Assembly (NCBI GenBank): GCA_002269645.1
Contig: NIVC01000719.1
Span: 300,020 to 364,019 of the forward strand
Source: Macrostomum lignano
Taxonomy: Eukaryota
Direction: 5' to 3'
Length of the DNA: 64,000 nt
Under the pieces are notes generated by a model that saw only the letters and a list, made by a program, of their open reading frames with translations, was not told where the DNA came from and did no database searches. A program made the translations under genes and the position numbers. Positions 62,401 through 64,000 of this stretch are shown piece by piece (the first letter of the stretch is position 1; every line of letters starts with the position of its first letter).

Positions 62401-63817
62401 TCCACATCTATCCATTGATCTATCCAAATCTATCCATTGATCTATCCACATCTATCCATTGATCTATCCACATCTATCCATTGATCTATCCACATCTATC
62501 CATTGATCTACTCACATCTATCCATTGATCTATCCACATCTATCCATTGATCTATCCACATCTATCCATTGATCTATCCACATCTATCCATTGATCTATC
62601 CACATCTATCCATTGATCTATCCACATCTATCCATTGATCTATCCACATCTATCCATTGATCTATCCACATTTATCCATTGATCTATCCACATCTATCCA
62701 TTGATCTATCCACATCTATCCATTGATCTATCCACATCTATCCATTGATCTATCATATCTGATCTATATGTGGATAGATCCATCTATCCAATAATCTACC
62801 CAATCTATCCATTGATCTATCCACATCTATCCATTGATCTATCCACATCTATCCATTGATCTACTCACATCTATCCATTGATCTATCCACATCTATCCAT
62901 TGATCTATCCACATCTATCCATTGATCTATCATATCTGATCTATATGTGGATAGATCCATCTATCCAATAATCTACCCAATCTATCCATTGATCTATCCA
63001 CATCTATCCATTGATCTATCCACATCTATCCATTGATCTACTCACATCTATCCATTGATCTATCCAAATCTATCCATTGATCTATCCACATCTATCCATT
63101 GATCTATCCACATCTATCCATTGATCTATCCACATCTATCCATTGATCTATCCACATCTATCCATTGATCTATCCACATCTATCCATTGATCTATCCACA
63201 TCTATCCATTGATCTATCCACATCTATCCATTGATCTATCCACATCTATCAATTGATTTATCCACATCTATCCATTGATCTATCCACATTTATCCATTGA
63301 TCTATCCACATCTATCCATTGATCTATCCACATCTATCCATTGATCTATCCACATCTATCCATTGATCTATCATATCTGATCTATATGTGGATAGATCCA
63401 TCTATCCAATAATCTACCCAATCTATCCATTGATCTATCACCATATATCCAATGAGCTACCCCCCTCTATATATTGATCTACTCACATATATCCATTGAT
63501 CTATTCATATCTGATCTGTACATCTGTGATCGTACATATCTATTCATTGATCTATTCACTGATTCATGGCTTCATTCTATCCATGAATAAGCTGAACTGC
63601 TCATGCAGATGTACAGACAAACTCAGTCAGCTCACCCTCCCACCCTCAAGGCTGGTGGTGCTCGCCCGTCTCATTCGCCTACCCCGCCTCGTCGCCCTGG
63701 TCCGCGTGTTTCTCACCGAGAGGAAAAACCTCACCAAGGCAACGCGTCACGTGGTGTCGCAGAACAAGAAGCGATACGAGGACGACGGCTTCGATTTGGA
63801 TCTGTGCTACATCACCG
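59427..63817 (+). CDS. VSP: Voltage-sensing phosphatase (VSP/TPTE family), 5' exons; gene continues beyond window
   Basis: Exons 59427-59551, 60150-60341, 61801-61923, 63651-63817 in frame. S1 ILLDLVLVIVD, S2 LFVIEVGVRIFALG, S3 WIMVLDFAVV, S4 LVVLARLIRLPRL, then PTEN-like VSQNKKRYEDDGFDLDLCYIT. Confidence 0.94.
59582..60112. repeat. 21-bp minisatellite, VSP intron 1
   Basis: gagacatttccaatcaatat(a/g) units. Confidence 0.95.
60445..61735. repeat. 17/20-bp compound minisatellite, VSP intron 2
   Basis: ccccaatgaggaccaa(cag/caa) units. Confidence 0.95.
61977..63545. repeat. 22-bp minisatellite, VSP intron 3
   Basis: atctatccattgatctatccac units. Confidence 0.95.
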
Positions 63818-63886
63818 GTGGGAGGCTGGGGATAGGATTCGAGTTTGGCGACTTCTGCCCGGTTTCCATCCTCCCTCACCGTGCTT

Positions 63887-64000
63887 AGTTCCGCCCCTTC
63901 TCTTGCCCAGTTCCGCCCCTTCTTTTGCCCAGTTCCGCCCCTTCTTTTGCCCAGTTCCGCCCCTTCTCTTGCCCAGTTCCGCCACCTCCCGTGTCCAGTT
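63887..64000. repeat. 22-bp minisatellite, VSP intron 4 (runs off window)
   Basis: gttccgccccttct(c/t)ttgccca units. Confidence 0.9.

Overview
Intron-containing animal genomic DNA. GC-rich exons, AT-rich spacers and a private minisatellite in almost every long intron suggest a free-living flatworm such as Macrostomum; this is inference only. Protein genes: a furin-like proprotein convertase (5' exon, -), a PP2C phosphatase (+), a GPI-type three-finger/Ly6-like protein (-), a small secreted Cys-rich protein (+), an NPC2/ML-domain protein (-), a whirlin/harmonin-like PDZ+HHD protein (-), and the 5' part of a voltage-sensing phosphatase (VSP/TPTE, +). The dominant structure (14.85-40.0 kb) is a composite tandem array of 14 tRNA-Arg(ACG) genes interleaved with three minisatellite families and five copies of a 3-exon gene for a 94-aa secreted 8-Cys three-finger-like protein. 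That protein stops at the CN motif and so lacks the hydrophobic tail of its neighbouring paralog. Flank switches fall inside the tRNA genes, pointing to tRNA-mediated unequal crossover. A hAT-type MITE (8-bp TSD, empty site present) and a tRNA A46C variant mark the four recently amplified units. Other notable signals are an AT-rich island (2.7-4.5 kb) whose CORE-SINE copy shows RIP-like C->T/G->A hypermutation relative to a second copy at 54.8 kb, and a 39-bp splice-site-bearing minisatellite that could form a new intron in a PAN/fibrinogen-domain pseudogene. All exon structures and counts were derived by eye, without tools.
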